DNA from: Takakia lepidozioides
Lineage: Eukaryota > Plantae > Bryophyta
Reading direction: 5' to 3'
DNA length: 64,000 nt
NCBI GenBank assembly: GCA_030704615.1
Contig: CM060731.1
Coordinates: 51,398,001-51,462,000, forward strand
Of the stretch, positions 26,114 to 40,664 are shown piece by piece. A program made the translations under genes and the position numbers. Every line of letters begins with the position of its first letter. The stretch's first letter is position 1. The notes beneath the pieces are model-generated. The model worked only from the letters and a program-made list of their open reading frames with translations, was not told where the DNA came from and did no database searches.

Positions 26114-27029
26114 CAGTGTTGGGCGGTTCTTGCATTTGTGAAGGAACCTTCGGTTCCGGTTCCAAAATTATTTCAAGAGACGGTTCCGGATCCGGTTCCG
26201 GTTTTTTTTTATTGAGCCGGTTCCGGTCCGGTTCCGGATCCAACTTTTAAACATGGGGGCGGTTCCGGTTACCGGTTAGTTGCTGATAAAAACCATCGGT
26301 TCTGGTTAGGTTCCGGTTCTATTTTAAAAATATATTTGTTTAATTTAATTAGATTTAAAATATTTTATCAGTCCGGTAGATTAAATAGCAGTGTATTCAC
26401 ATATTTGAACTAAAATCCAACGATTTTGTTAGTTTTCAGTAACACAAAAAAACAAACAAAAATACTCTAAATAAACTGGTAGAAGAAAATGGGTAAAATT
26501 TTATGGGTTGAAAGTACTATTCAGCTACCTGGCAAGTATTGGCATCTTCAAACATTTTATTAATGAACTTAGCCAGGATATCATGGAGCTGGAGATTGAA
26601 CCCAAGATCTCATGGCGCTGAAGCATTGAACATAGAATCTCATGGCCTTCAAGCATTGAACCCAGGATCTCAGGAGCTTAAGAGCATTAAATAAGTTTTT
26701 CCCTGGGCCCACCAGCCCCACCAAGGGGTCAAGAACCGGACTTAGAAGCGCTTTGGTAGGTACTAGAGACATTTAGGGCTACAGCCCCATTTAGGGCTAC
26801 AGCCCACGGGTGGACCGGAACCGGAACCGGAACCGCTTTGGAGCTGGAACCGCCGGTTCCCACACATGTGGTCGTAGCTGGAACCGCCGGTTCCGGTTCC
26901 CACACAATCCCCAATGAGCGGTTCCGGTTCCGGTTCTGCACAGGCGGGTCCGGTTCCGGTCCGGTTCCACATAACCAGAACCGGAACCGGCGGTTACCCG
27001 GGGCCCAGGCGGGTAACCGCCCAACACTG
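26114..27029. mobile_element. Non-autonomous hAT element with 15-bp TIRs and 8-bp TSD
   Basis: TIRs CAGTGTTGGGCGGTT / AACCGCCCAACACTG; TSD GTCATGAC at 26106-26113 and 27030-27037; many subterminal CCGGTT/AACCGG motifs. Confidence 0.92.
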
Positions 27030-27824
27030 GTCATGACCTTCGTGCCTAAACAGTCCTTCTGTTACTCCTCTGGTGTCTCGCTCCATCTCTCTTTCCAAGC
27101 ACATCGTTGTTGTCTGCTATCACTTTGTACTTAGACATAGTATTGAAGAATAAACCCTGTATCATTCCTGAAGAGATATGCAACTCCCATCTCTCTCCTG
27201 AAAGACAAGAAATGAAGGACAACACCCATTGGCAGGCATTTTGCACACCCAAATGATCAGGCATTTAGGCCCGCCAATAGAATGGCTGTTGGATGACGAA
27301 AGTAGAGGCCTCACTCTGCTCTATTCGATGCCCCAAGGACCTTTCTATGCACAGCTCTCAGCAACCCTGAAGTTTGATTGCTGTTTGCACACCAGATGCA
27401 ATGGTTGTCCTAGTCTAATAACTTCCATCATCAACCATCAGCTGTAAATGCATGCATACGCCATCCTATTTTCAGGATTAGGATCAGCTAACATAATCGC
27501 CAGATTCCCTGGGAGTGTTCTCCCCTTCTCAAGGTTGTGTCCATAGATTCTGACAAGTACAATACTTGTTAACATTAAGGGGAATATGAGATAAAAGCCG
27601 AGTGGAGCTCTCATCAATGACAAAACAAGAGTGTGAAACAAGAGAGGAGGACCTTATCACATGTCACAACCACCTTTTACATTAACAATCCTGGGGACTC
27701 ATCAATGCAGCCGTACCCAAAGCTCTCAAATTAGTATCCATTGAGAACATCTGGGACGCAAAACAGAAATTGTTGCAGCAAAACTTAGGAAAGCACTTCT
27801 CCCAATCCACTACCAACTCGAAAT

Positions 27825-30036
27825 TTAAGCCCCAGGAACCTCAACAGGCTCCACTTCAAGCTCCGCGTCATCACCAACAGGTCGCTCTATCTTTGCTCCC
27901 ACCTCCTCACTGTAGTCCCCGTGAACCTGTTGAACCAGCCAAGCAATCTCAGGATGATTTACATTTAAATGTATCTGAGATAGTTCTATGGGGCAATTGC
28001 AGACATCGGCTCTGCGCTGAAGGAAAGTTCTCACTTTACATTGATGTCCAAGCTGATTAACATGCATGGGAACCTGACAACTGCATCCATTCTCTTCTAG
28101 GGGGAAAATGCCCATTCACTAAACTCTGCTTGACATGAAAATTAAGCTGCGGCAATGAGAGGAAGGAAGGTGAGTCTTACCTCCATAAGCTTGCCCAGAT
28201 CAAATTTGGGAGCTTTCAGAATTTTTACTTTCCGAATGAAGGTGTTCTGTAGAGGATAGATACCAGCTGTTGCCTTCTCAATCTCTTTTCCAATCACCTC
28301 TGGAATGAACTTGGCTACAAGTTCCTTCAAATCACAAGATTGAGCTTCACGCACAATGATCTCCCTCATCTTCCGGCGAATCTGGATCGACAACAGAGTT
28401 CTCGTTAATGAAAGAACTCATTGCTGTTCACTTCATTACTCAAGTGGTAAGGGGGAAGACCCAGATCAATATATGTCAGAAAACCCCTGAAAATAACCAA
28501 GACAGCTGAACAAGGAGAAGATCTATTTCTTTCAGAGACTATCAATCAATACATGAGATTGGCATCATTTTAACCAAGAGTCTTGTAGAAATGTGTTGCA
28601 CACAGATCAAGAAAACATGGCTACAAACCTGCCGGATTTGGCCAGACTGTGCATAGCAAGTGCGCTTAATCTGGTTGGGCCGCTTCTTTGTGAAGCCAAT
28701 GCAGAAAATCCGCAACATGTAGTTGTCTGTAGTTTTCACATCCACATGTGACTCTATCAGACTCTGCCATTTCCGCACCAGCGACCGCAACTTGTCTGTG
28801 GTGAAATCCATTCCCTGCATCCCAAGCCATTTCACAACACCTTCAGCCCTGACAACAAAAGAAGTTCACTTTAGAGTGCCAAAAGGCACTAATACCTGAG
28901 AATAATGCAGAAGATTTCCCATCAAACCGAGTGATGAAGAGCCCCATACTAAAAGCAGCACTGCCCACAGAAGGATGAGACTAACCCAAAAGTTAGTGAG
29001 GACATTGCGACCCTGCACATCCTCAGCCCTCAGCTTGATTTTGCGGAAAGCCTGGTCTTCATCCTGCTGTAGATCAGCCAGTGATACTTCGAACACTCTC
29101 CCCTTCAATCCATCCGATGCAATCTGTTGCACACACAAACAGTTAGTAATGAAGAAGGACGAAACTTACATCACTGCTACATTAATTCACAGGACAATAT
29201 ATACAGGTCCACTGCACAAACAAATGGTTTCAAGCAGTCACTTAAAAAACAGGCTTCTTACATCAACTCCACTTTAAACACTTGATGACATGCAGCAGAG
29301 TTTTAGAATACATCAACCACAATCCGAGCATTAGACTTTAATCAGACAGCGGTTCCCCATAACAGAAGCAAATTTCCAGACATAGGAGACGTGCCCCATC
29401 GCTGTAGCAATTTTAAACAGGACAACACATCACGTCCAACTAGCCTAATCTCCACTGGCTCTATGACAGTGCAAATTAACCACCCTGGTCCTAGAACACT
29501 ACTTGGATGGGTGATGTCTTTTGGAAAGTTCACCTAGACGGACTATACAGGCCACTCTTTCAGCTACTCTGTGAGATGGTACACGGAGGCCATCATTCAC
29601 CGCCAAAAGTTCTTTTGGACAACCCAACACAACCTCTAGCAAGTCCACTATCCTCTTCTCACACAAGTCTCTCACTTCCTTAATCTATGCAACTTGTTTC
29701 ACAGCCCACGGGTTTACCTTAGTTCCTTGAGTCCTGGTCACAAGGGTTTTGCCAACTGATCGTTGCGTAAACGTGGTAGGGGCCTTGATATCATACCAAT
29801 CCTTCTTAGAAAAGGGGTCCACACTGCACCCCCACTTTCAGAGTCAATTGCGCATACATCCTCTATAGTAACCTGTCTACCTCTCCAGTCTTCCTGAGTT
29901 TTACGCCAACAGATGAATACACTCCAGCAATGTGCTACGAAAACGCATTCACGGCAAGAAGGGAAAGAATCATTCACATTTTCTTCTTGCCACCCTTCTT
30001 GCCCTTGGAGATTCGCTTGTTCTTGCCGACCGCCAT
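27825..30036 (-). CDS. RPS3A: 40S ribosomal protein S3a (eS1); six exons (30036-29978, 29823-29718, ~29123-28986, ~28814-28629, ~28381-28181, ~27926-27825)
   Basis: [80 protein letters not shown]|VHGDYSEE. Confidence 0.98.
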
Positions 30037-30287
30037 AGCTGCGGGAGCGTAGTGCGCAGTGGAAGCTACAGCAACAGAGAGATGCAAAAAGACGCGGTGC
30101 CCTACCTTTCGTCCGCCGCTCTCCCAAGCCCTAATCCACCTTTGCGTTCACCGTGTTCACACCGGCAAGCGGTATAGGGCGCCGGGGGTCTATGATATTT
30201 TTTTAATTTTTTTAATATATCTATATTATTTATTTATTGTGTATTATTTTAATAGAGATTGATCATTGGTGGTGTTTTTTTTTGTTT

Positions 30288-30562
30288 TTTTCGAAATTTG
30301 GAAAATAACAGGAGTTGGTTACTGAGTTTTGAAAAAAATAGCCATATTTTCTGTTCATCCACTGAGATTTGGAGAGAATCATCCTTCTCTGTATTTTCAT
30401 CCATGTATATCATCCATTTCGGAAACTTCATCCATATTTTATATTTTATTTGGAGAAGTTTGGCGATTTCATCCCTGAGAAAAACAGGGAATTTACAACA
30501 GAATATTCCTTTTTATTTTTGGAGGTCAAAATATTGCGAAAAATTCGCCAGAAATAAAACTG
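30288..30562 (+). mobile_element. Second copy of the hAT-like fragment seen at 8845-9120
   Basis: Collinear similarity over about 280 bp. Confidence 0.55.
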
Positions 30563-30849
30563 GTGTCCAATTTCCAATGCCCAACGGCCGCGATGCAGCC
30601 TAGTGGGATGAGCTCCGTGTTTGCCGTGAGGGAGTTGAGGACTTGGACGTTTTTGCAAAGCCTCACCTCGAAGGAATGCTGATGCTAGGTATCCAGACTC
30701 GGTCCCTCTGAGTCTAAGCTCCCATACTTCTCTTCCCGTTCTTCTAACTCTTCGTTGAACTGATTGCTCCAATGTTTTGTTGTCTCGATTGTTTTCTGTC
30801 TCTCATCTTCCCAACTACCTCTCTTGAGCTAATTGTTGCTTTGGCGGTG

Positions 30850-31320
30850 ATAATGATTATCCTGGGTGGCCTCATTGTTTGTAATTAGCTACAACTGTTC
30901 TTAAGTATGGCGTGGAAGTGCGGTCTCTGCATGATTGTATTGCTTTCGGCAATATTGAATACTATGCCGCCACAGTTTTTATGGTATGACAAGTTTTGCT
31001 TGTTACTCCTCAGAATTTGAACTGTAGAGGCTTTTCTCTTTGTTGGCGATAGGATTGACAACGCAACATATGCGCATCATCTTGTTTCTATACTCACTCC
31101 CGCGATGTGCCTCTCTCTCACCCTTCTCCTTTGGTCAAAGGGGTTATTCTTGCCATTATATGTCACCACTGTCATGGTGAATGACATGTAAAAGCAAACT
31201 GTCCGGTCCTACTTGAAGTTATGAATAATTTTGTTCGTGCCTCTTCCCTACCTAATCACTCCAAGGTTTTGGCAAATGCACATCCTTGGAGGCAGGCCCG
31301 TTGAGGAAATAGACTGATAT
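30850..31320 (+). mobile_element. Decayed retroelement ORF1/gag remnant (zinc knuckle)
   Basis: C-H-H-C-H-G-E-*-H-V-K-A-N-C (CX2CX4HX4C spacing) at about 31161-31202 within a stop-ridden region. Confidence 0.4.
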
Positions 31321-34300
31321 CTACCATCCGATGCCTCCATATGCTACGATGTTTCGTGGAGAGAATTCACAGTCTCTTTCACCCATCAGCCCGACGAGGG
31401 TTTTGCTTCTGCCTCCAAATCGTCTGTTTCTACGACTAAAGCGGAGGATATGCCCGCTATGTTTCCTCTGTCACTTCCTGATGGTCAATAAAGTCTTGCG
31501 ACTTTTTGCCTGCAGTTGAAAGACTTCTCGGAAGCCCTCCTTGCTGATGCAACCCCCTTTGTTGGGGCTCAGGCGATGGCCACTAACATTTCCCCTATCA
31601 TTTTCGGCTTCCATGATGGGACCCCCTCTATCTTCCTCATTAGTACTGATAATAACTTTTCTACTGCTTGAATCACTAAAAATAATGTGCTTTCCCTATG
31701 GACCCCAACAAGGAGTTAAACCTGATTTTGCTTAAAATTAAAGAAATTTTCTTTCTTACTTGCCTAATCTGCAACTCACGTCTGAAACCCCTGTTTTCTT
31801 TGGGTCTTGCTTGTATCAATCCACTTCCAAAAAGGATCTGTTCTGTGTCTAAGTTCTTCCTATTATGAGGTTATCTAATGTGCGAATGGAGGATGCATGT
31901 TTTTCCTTCTTGATCTGGTTATGGGGGGCAGTGTTCCCCAAGGTATTAGGGGGTCTACAGGCCGACCTTACTTGGTAGCCACTCAGTCGATTTGAGGCCT
32001 ATATGAGGAGGCTGGTGGACTTAGTTTTTGATCTATGTGAGGTGTTCAAGTTGTCTCTGAAAATTATGTCGTTCTACCAATAATATAACCCAAGGTGGTT
32101 GGTCAAAGCAGGGGAGGTACTTTTTTGATCACGTGAACTTTAAAGTTGGTATGAGTTTTAGAGCTCCATCTTCACATAGAACTCTCTATTTCTCTACGCT
32201 CTTTGGCCATTAGCCCATATGTGTTGACAACTAGTTTTATATGGGTGGCGTTCGAACCCATACCTCTTTGGTAGCCCACATATATGAACGCAATGAGGGA
32301 GACCCCCCCCCCCACCCCCACCCTTGGCAGTTGTAGTGTGTGTGTGTGTTCTAGTCTGTGTTGTTGTTGTCCCATAAGCATCTAACTCATAGCCTAAAAC
32401 TGAAGCTGCTTATATACCAAAATGGCTTGTTGTTGTTGCAGTCCATATGCATCAAAATCATGGGCTATAGCAAAAGCTGCATACATAACAAATTCAACTT
32501 CATTTGTTGTCACTTCTTACCAAGATGGACTGAGGTAGAGGTTGTTCTCAAAACAGAATGTCAACTTCAAAATGATTTTGACCTGTATCAACTAGTTGCA
32601 ATATAGAATTAAAACAAGTTGTCTCACACTTCACCATAAAGAGCTCTACACCATCGCCAATTGCAAACAAACACTAGGTGAAATGGAAAGCTAGTATATA
32701 AAAACAACGGCTTGGCAATTAACTCTCTATCCAAACAACTCTCTAACAAACTCTAATATAACCTCTTCATAACCAAACCAAGCATATAGTCACTGACACT
32801 TAGGAGCATAACAGTTTTCAAGCATAGACTTATACATTACAATCACATAAGGATAATGGTCAAAGGGTTCCCTTCCTTAGTACCAGCAGCCACCTCTCTG
32901 CAGTAACAAACAACCCCCCAAAGTTAGAAATTCGGAGTCGCATGCCATTGTGATGCGCACAAAGCAAGCCCCCAAGCACAGAGACACATCTCCCCACATC
33001 ATGCAGACCAAGAACCTTTGTCTTGCACCACACATTGAGGCACACTCCCTCCTGATCCTAATTAGTCTTCTGGGAGAGAAATGTATGCCTCCTGGATTGG
33101 GTAATGCAACCCCTGGCACTCATGTTCTCCTAGGACAAACCCACCATTCAACCAACCCATTACCCACCTCCAAATTGAAAAGCAGATGTGAACATGGTGT
33201 TCGTCCCCTTCAATATCTCATGAATTCTACATTAATGATGTATCCATCACAAAACTTGTGTCAAGAGAATGGAACACTACAGGAAAAGGGGGGCCTTTGC
33301 GACGCCCGAGCCACGCCGCAGCGTCGGGAAAACGCCCTTTTCGGGCATGTGGCAGGCGCAGAATTTGCGACGCCCGGCAGTCGCATAGGCGTCGCCAAAT
33401 GACATCCCAAAAATGCGATGTATGGGGGTCGCGAGCCCCGCCCCAACTCCCGCGACTACCGGACGTCGCTTTTCAGGCCGTCCGCGCCGATGACAGGGGC
33501 CTCCGTCGAGCGACGTCTCGCCGTCGCGGCCCTCCAGCCAACGGCGTTGGTGGGGGCGCCGGTGCGGCGTCGCATCCCCTTTTTTTTCTAACCTGCCCGA
33601 GAGTCCCATCATAAGACCCAAAAACACGTGGCGTAAGCCGGGTGGTACGCCAAGCGATGCTAGTGCGTCGCTGCAAGTGACTATTGGGCGTGGCAAAAAA
33701 AAACAGCAGGAGCAGGAGTCAGGCTCCGCCACGCCCGGGCGTGGGTTTTGCGACATTCTGGCGTTGCTTTGTTTTATATTTAATCCAAAAAAAAAAGACG
33801 TGGCGCAGGCAGGGTGGCGGGCTACGCGACGCCAGGGCGTCGCGGCTTACGACCCCGGACCAAAAAACACGTCGCAGGGGATGTCCGGGGTTGCCACCCG
33901 CAAATGGGATTGGCGACGCCCGACCGTCGCGGCATGCGACCCCGCCCAAAAACACGTCGCCATTGGCGACGTCCTGCAGTCGCGAGGACAGCCTGTTGGG
34001 GGGGGGGGGGGGGGGTTGGGGGTTGATTTTGGGGGTGAATTGGGGGTGGTTTTTTGTTTTTGCCTGGTTTTGTATTTGGGGATGGGAGACCTTACAGTTC
34101 CATTTCTCTGATTTAGCAGGTACACAATTGAGCAAGCATGAATCGAGAGTGAGGATGGTGCGACACATGAATAAGATGGAAGATGGAAAGATGGAAATAT
34201 ATTTACAGGAAATGAACTGAAAAGCTCACAAGGGTTCAGTAGGCTGACCCTGGGACCTACATGGACTAGGACTAGTCATCCTCATCCTCATCTTCAATGG

Positions 34301-36984
34301 AGGACTCGGAGCTATCTGATGAGCCTGATGACTCCGCGCCCTTTGCCAGAGCACCTAAATGAGGCGGCGTTCCCCTAAGTCCTACAGAGCTCTCATCCAA
34401 TCACTGGCCATGACCCCCGACCTCATCCATACTAGTGCCCTGTAGTGCACTCATCCCCTCCGTGTTGGCCATGTTCTTCATGAGGGATTGCCAACCATGC
34501 TCCTTGGCATAGTTGTACTCTACCGGAGATGGCTTCCTCTCTAACGCGCGTTGCTACACATGCCACAAATTAAAGTCAGTTCTTCGCGATGATAGAGCCA
34601 GAAAGAAGACATAACAAAATCCATAGGGAAGTACGACTTACAAATCGCAAGATAAAACCTTGGATCCGCCGGCGCCCCACTTGTGTGTGGATTCGTGCTT
34701 GTCAAGGCGGACTGTTGTTGCTTCGCGTGTCAGGTCAAATTTGGCCTTGTTTGCGGCATCAGTCTCTCCCGCAATGAGTGCATCCCACGATACCTATGCC
34801 CCCCCCCCCCCCAACAATTAGTGAATTACACACATGCGTTGCATCGAATCCACCTCATTAATGCACATACGACAAATGGAAGGTGACATGATTCAGGATT
34901 TGCCAACCTGTGTAATTCCATAAGGTGGTTTGGGTATGGCCCCTTTTTCCATTGCCCTCCGAATGATCTGTCTGACACGGTACCTCCTGTCCTTCAAGTT
35001 TCGCCCCACCATCTCCATCACCCTCGTGTCACTCCAATTTCCCGGAAACCGGCAGTCTAACTCACGGGCATACGCCCGCTTCGCACCAAAGTGCTAATCA
35101 GCCCACTCGATGTGCAAAGGGAACCACCTCAATGCAAGTTCGAAGGCTGGCTTCTTCATAGCCTCCCAAAATGCACCGCAGGGGTCACCATGGCGATTCA
35201 CCTCCACCAGTGGCACCACGATCTTTGCCAACTCCACGTCCTGTATCGCCAAGGGCATGTTCTTCTTCCCACCCTCTCCCTTCTTTGTAGCCTCCTTCCC
35301 CTGCTCCTTTGTTACCCCACTGCCCTCCCCCGCATGCACAGTCACCCCTTCCTCTCCATGGGACTTCTTCTTCTTCTTCTTCTTTTCCTTCCCCTTCTCC
35401 ACGACCATCTCATTCCACTTCCCCGCTACTTCCTCTCTCTCCTTCTCCCTCTCCCTTGCTCTCTCTCTCCTCGGCATCCCCTTCATTGATGGTAAAAGGG
35501 ATCTTGGGAGATCAAGGCCTCTTCTTCTTACCTTTGGTGTTCGGGTCCTTCATGAACACCACGTGCTCTCCCTCATTGGCAACCCCACTGGACTGCACCA
35601 ATGAGGCCAGCCATGTGGTTGCCTCCTGAAGACAAATAACCCCTCCAAATTCAAAAAAGAAACAAACAACAAAGAAAATCATGCATGCAAAGGAAAGGAT
35701 AAATCATGGAACAAGGTGCAACAGTTGTACCTTTGCAAGCTTGTCCGACTCGCCCCCGGTGTCACCCGATGTGGCAGGAGTCCCCGTTGCCGGATGTGCC
35801 CGCTCTATCCCCTCCCGAAGTGCCACTGGAAGTAGATTCCAAATGTGGAGCATAGCTGGCGGCGGCGCCCCGTAGTCCAGGCCCTTCTTTGCTGACCGCT
35901 CAGGCTCAGGGGCGGTGTCGCTGATCGGCTAGGCTGCTCTGAACCGGCCCATACCTCCTCCTCCTCCCCCCCCCCCCCAAATGTGTATCAGGGTAGAAGC
36001 CCTCACCCGGCTTGACTTCTTCGAGGCGCTTCGCTATCTTGGCCACTTCATTGGCCCTCCTCGTCTCCTCCTCCCTCATCGACAACAAGGGCTGGCAATG
36101 GAGGCTTTCAAAGGCCCTTGAACCTGACGTTGGGCCTTGGCAAGTGCAGCCTTTGCTGCGGAGGAAGGGGCGATATGGGGGTGACATCCAAAAGTTGCCC
36201 ATACCGGGCCCCCGAATGGATGATGTGCTTGCCAAGGTATATTTCACCCGTCTTGGTGCCGAGGTTTGTGCTCAACTGAGCATCCGGCTCAGCAACAACC
36301 TCCCGAATAGGAGAGCTGGCTAAGCCGGCCCCTGGCGCATCCAAGATGTGGACAAGAGGGGGGGTAGGGGGGTACTGACCTCGGGGGGCAGACGAGCCTC
36401 GGCTGAGGCTGTCGATGGGGCTGGGTTAACCATGAGACGCCCGTGCGCGTCACACGTGCCGGCAGAGCAAACGGATTGTCCGCCCCTTCTTTGGGGCAGG
36501 GGACTTCTTCTCTCCCCAGAAGCTGGCACCTGTCATGCAAACCCACAAATTGGCCTCATTAGGAAACAACCCTACTCCAGATCAAAAACAAAAAACCCAA
36601 GCATGGCGGGGGCTGAGAGAGCAAGTGCTCGGGGTCTCCAGAGGGGGCGGCAACAAAGAGAAAAGAAAAAGGTCGGGGGGGGGGGGGAGTGACTAAGCAC
36701 CACCAGCAGCTGCTGAGCACCACGGGCTCAGTCAACCCCCCCCCCCCCCACCCTCCCATTTTTATTTTTTTGTTTCTGATCTTTCTCTCTCTCTTACTCT
36801 CTCTCTCTCTCTCTCCCTCTTTTTTTGCTGCTCACAAAAATAAACAAACCACAAGGGAGAGAGGGTGCAGAAAAAGTTAAAAAAGATTGTATCATAGGAC
36901 GTTGTTTGCCGTAGCTTGTGGCCATTGACCCGCGCCCAGTTTGAGCGGAACAAAAGGGTCAGGGGCTGACGTTTGGTATAAGAC

Positions 36985-37600
36985 TTACTTCATATAGAAT
37001 TAATCTGGGTTTCAAGTATCCTCTAGAAATCCCTTCACACAAGCATCAAACTGTGTTGTGGGTTTGCCAACTGGCCTCAGGAGGCCTGGGCTTTTGGCTC
37101 AGGCTTGAGACTTTCAAAGTGTTGGTGGTAGAACAGCGGTAAGGAAAATTCCCTCTTGATAGATTGGAAGAGAGAGGTTATCTTGGTGAGAGAACCCCGG
37201 ACAGTGTATCAGAAAATGAGTATTGTCTTCAGATTGCCCACACAACGGACAATTGCACTCTCCCTTTCCTCTCTGCTTCTGTTTGTTGTTCAAAGGTAGG
37301 CTTCCTGCCCTGAGTTTAAATTTCAGTCTAGTGCCGAGAGTGGGTAGACCCTTGAGGTCATCCAATATGTCCTCCCCCATATGTCAGTGACTGGAAACAA
37401 GTTCAGGGAAGTTTTCTGCCTAACTTCATTTTCATCAGACAATCTCATGGCAATAGACATGGCTTTGGACACTACAGCCTCTAAGTCAGATTTATCAACC
37501 CATATTGCAGGTCCGTACTCCAAGGCAGGTCTAATAATGCGACAAGCATGGTTTTTCTTAACCTCAGAGTTGACCCCTCTGCAGAAAAAGTTAAAAGAGA
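36985..37600 (-). mobile_element. 5'-truncated LINE fragment (post-RT region plus zinc finger) nested in the CACTA relic
   Basis: IIRPALEYGPAIW and RLKFKLRAGSLPLN...CPLCGQSEDNTHFLIHC. Confidence 0.75.
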
Positions 37601-37959
37601 GGGAAGATATTCATGTCATGTCAAGACATGGACAAGACCAACTAGGGTCCTTGTCAATTAAAGACATAAACAGCCCCATGACAGGGCACCATCTAACATT
37701 TCCAGTCTTGTCATAATACACCAAGTGACGCCGCCCATTCAGTCATGATAAAACAGGGTGGGAGGGCGGGGTATGTTCATAATCAGATTCCTGTCATGTA
37801 CCCAAGTGACCCTCTTGCACAATATAAGTCAGATTGCAGCCTCAGATTACATCAAACATTATCCATAAGATATGCACCATGCAAGATATCATGGGCATAT
37901 AAGAACATCTTGTCACATTACCGATCCAAGATATGTATACACAAGTACCTTGAGGTGAT

Positions 37960-38400
37960 CCAAGACAAGCATTATGCAAAGTAGGTAAGAACAGCCTGCC
38001 CTACAACACATTCAGGGAGTGTTCACCCTGGCAGCAGGAAGGACCAGCCTGCAATTAATTACACTTTGGGCCTGCCACCAAGTACACTTGTTGGGCATGG
38101 TAAGCCATATTGCAGCTTCACATTTGGCCAAATGTAAGCACCCCAAAGCATGCATCATGCAAGGCCTTCTGGGTATGTAAGAACAGCCTGTCATTGTACA
38201 TATTCAAGACCTGTGCACATAGGACTCTTGCTGGCCGAGCCTGAAGTAAATCAGACTCCAAACATGCAACCAAGTGAACATTTTGGGCATGACAAGACTG
38301 ACTGCGACTTCCTTCTATATCATGTACAGTTGCCCCAAGATATGCATCATGTAAGGCATTTTGGCATGGAAGAAATGCCTGCCCTGTCACAGCATCCAGA
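37960..38400. repeat. Degenerate tandem repeat of about 185 bp
   Basis: GCAT(C/T)ATG(C/T)AA.G...AAGAA...GCCTG recurs at about 37970, 38150 and 38340. Confidence 0.45.
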
Positions 38401-40664
38401 TATGGACACACATACAATTTGAGTGCCCAAGACCAAGTCCTCTTGGCCAAGATACATCATACAATGCAGGTGGCTGTTCATATGGCAAAATAAAGTAACT
38501 AATCACTGGCCAGAGTCTTTTAGAGCTTACCGTCACTATTTCACAGCAGGCTAATGCCATCTTTTGCAAATAGAACCTCACTATGCTTCATTCCACAACA
38601 AATCCAAGTCTGAAAACGGCCTGTCATTGCCTTATCAGGCTGTCTTCTTTAACAAAAACCAGACCTCCTCATCCTTAGAGCCAAACAGCCACTGATGACT
38701 TTACCCTTACACCATCAATCCTCTTTTAAGGCCAAAAAAAGAACCTAGTCTAAAAATCCACAGGCAAAGCTGTCAAAGATTCAAGACAGGGTAGGATTCA
38801 CATGCTGTGCTGCATGAGACAAAGTTGCCAGGCCGAAATGCTCCATCAGCAGCAACAAAAGATAGGTCAAAAGCACGCATCATCATGTCAAACCGGGAGC
38901 AAACGGGCCGAAATCGGGGCTGCAGGCAGCAACAGTATGTTCTTTTTGCACACATCCTTATCTGCAAGCTCAAGAGAATTCAAAGTAGGTAGGGATCCTC
39001 ACCTGGTCCCATCACAAGCCCCCACAACAACCAATGGGTTAGTGAGGATTGTGGAACCCCAGGTGAATCACAGACCCATACACTTGTCATCGATGTCAAC
39101 TAAGAACCCCAAAAACAAGAGAGAAAGACATGAAGTAAAAGGAACCCTAATCACCAAAAGCACCTTGAGCGATTGGGGAAGGTAACTCTGCGCCATCGCC
39201 ACCAGCAAGCCACCTCCAGCACAGCTAAGGAGAAGCGAACCATACAAATGCTAGGTTTAAGAAGGGAGAGAGAGAGATATATACTTCCCCACCCAAGCGC
39301 CGCTGCAAAACATAAAAGCCAGAGGAGGGAAAGAGATGATGCCATCACAGCGGGGTCTCCCGCCTGTGAGAAGAGACAAGACGCCGCCATTGCGCATCCC
39401 CAGGAGCTCGTCCGGCATGGGCACGAAGCAACAGACAGGGTAGCAGCAAAGCTCAGACACCATAACTCTCAGCCCCACGAGCACAGCAGCACGAGGAGTG
39501 CAGCTAACGGCGGGAGAGACACCCTAGGGCAAAGCCGGATTTTTCATCCGCGGGGGATGAATAATCAACACCCTTTAATTCAAAAACCCGACGGATGTCA
39601 TCCGTTAGCTAGGTTTAAACAGTAGGTTATAGGGTAGGGGTTAGGGTTTTACTCCTTAATTAGCCATAATTAAGGGTAATTAAACAATTCTCCAGGGTCA
39701 TCATAAGCTGCATTTTTCATCCGGTTTAGATGAAAAAAGGTAATAAGTTCATCAAGTTGGAGAAGGTCCATCAATAGGATGACAAAACAGTACATATCAT
39801 CCAAGGCAGCGGTTTCTCATCCTAACAGGTAATTCACCATCCCCTTAAAAAAACCCTCATCCAGTACGGAAAAAAAGCATAAAAGAGGAATAACATGAAT
39901 TATTATCCTGGTATTTTTCATCCGGTATGGATGGAAAAATTATAGATAGGATGCCAGTGTCACAACCCCTACGGAGGTAATTCCTCATTTTCTGGTGACT
40001 CATGTGGTATAGATGAAAGTCAATAAAAGAGGAATGAAAAATTATAGGTCCTTTTAATGGTCGCTCTAGGGCCACAATCGATATGTGGTACTACCTTCCC
40101 ATCCTCGAGGGAGACGGGTCGATGTTTCCTCACCATCGCATCCTAATTAACACACACCACCAACACTTTCATTTCTCAAAAACCGTTGGCAAAAAAACCC
40201 TATGCCTCAGCCTCGGGGCTTTCAAAATGGGTAACCAAAGGCGGAGCATCCCTATGGTGCTAGAGCCCAAGACAATAAATCTTTCCTCTCGTTCTATCTT
40301 CAGGATGCCCACACCATGGAAAAATTTGTTGAGACCCAGCGCTTTGCAATTATCAGATTGAACCACATTTTGGGTATGTGAATAATAATTACACGTTTAT
40401 CCTTTTAACCCCAAGACCCACAACCAAAACCGCCAATCCAAAACCTAGCACCATAAAGAAAAGCAAACACCCTAACCCAGTACCATATGAAAAAAAAAAA
40501 AAAAAAAAAAAAAACTAAGAAACCTAAAAGGCCCTAAACCCTAAACCCAGAAAGGCCGACCGTCGCCTCCTACGACACCCTCGCGTCGCATTTGACGACG
40601 AGTTTTTTTCATTTTTTTTACCTGGACCAATTTAAGAGGTGTGGCCCACAAAGGTTTGCCCTAT

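Larger units (their letters stand above)
33275..40620. mobile_element. CACTA (En/Spm) element relic with decayed ORF on the minus strand (~34900-36550) and nested insertions
   Basis: Starts CACTACAGGAAAA followed by about 700 bp of GCGACGCC/GGCGTCGC subterminal repeats; similar CGACG motifs at 40555-40610; no intact right TIR seen, so the right boundary is uncertain. Confidence 0.65.

Noticed and set aside
26590-26675. About 30-bp repeats with tRNA B-box-like sequence
   Set aside because: No cloverleaf; internal to the hAT element, at most SINE-derived.
33258-34220. Several overlapping 110-180 aa ORFs
   Set aside because: By-products of GC-rich CACTA subterminal repeats.
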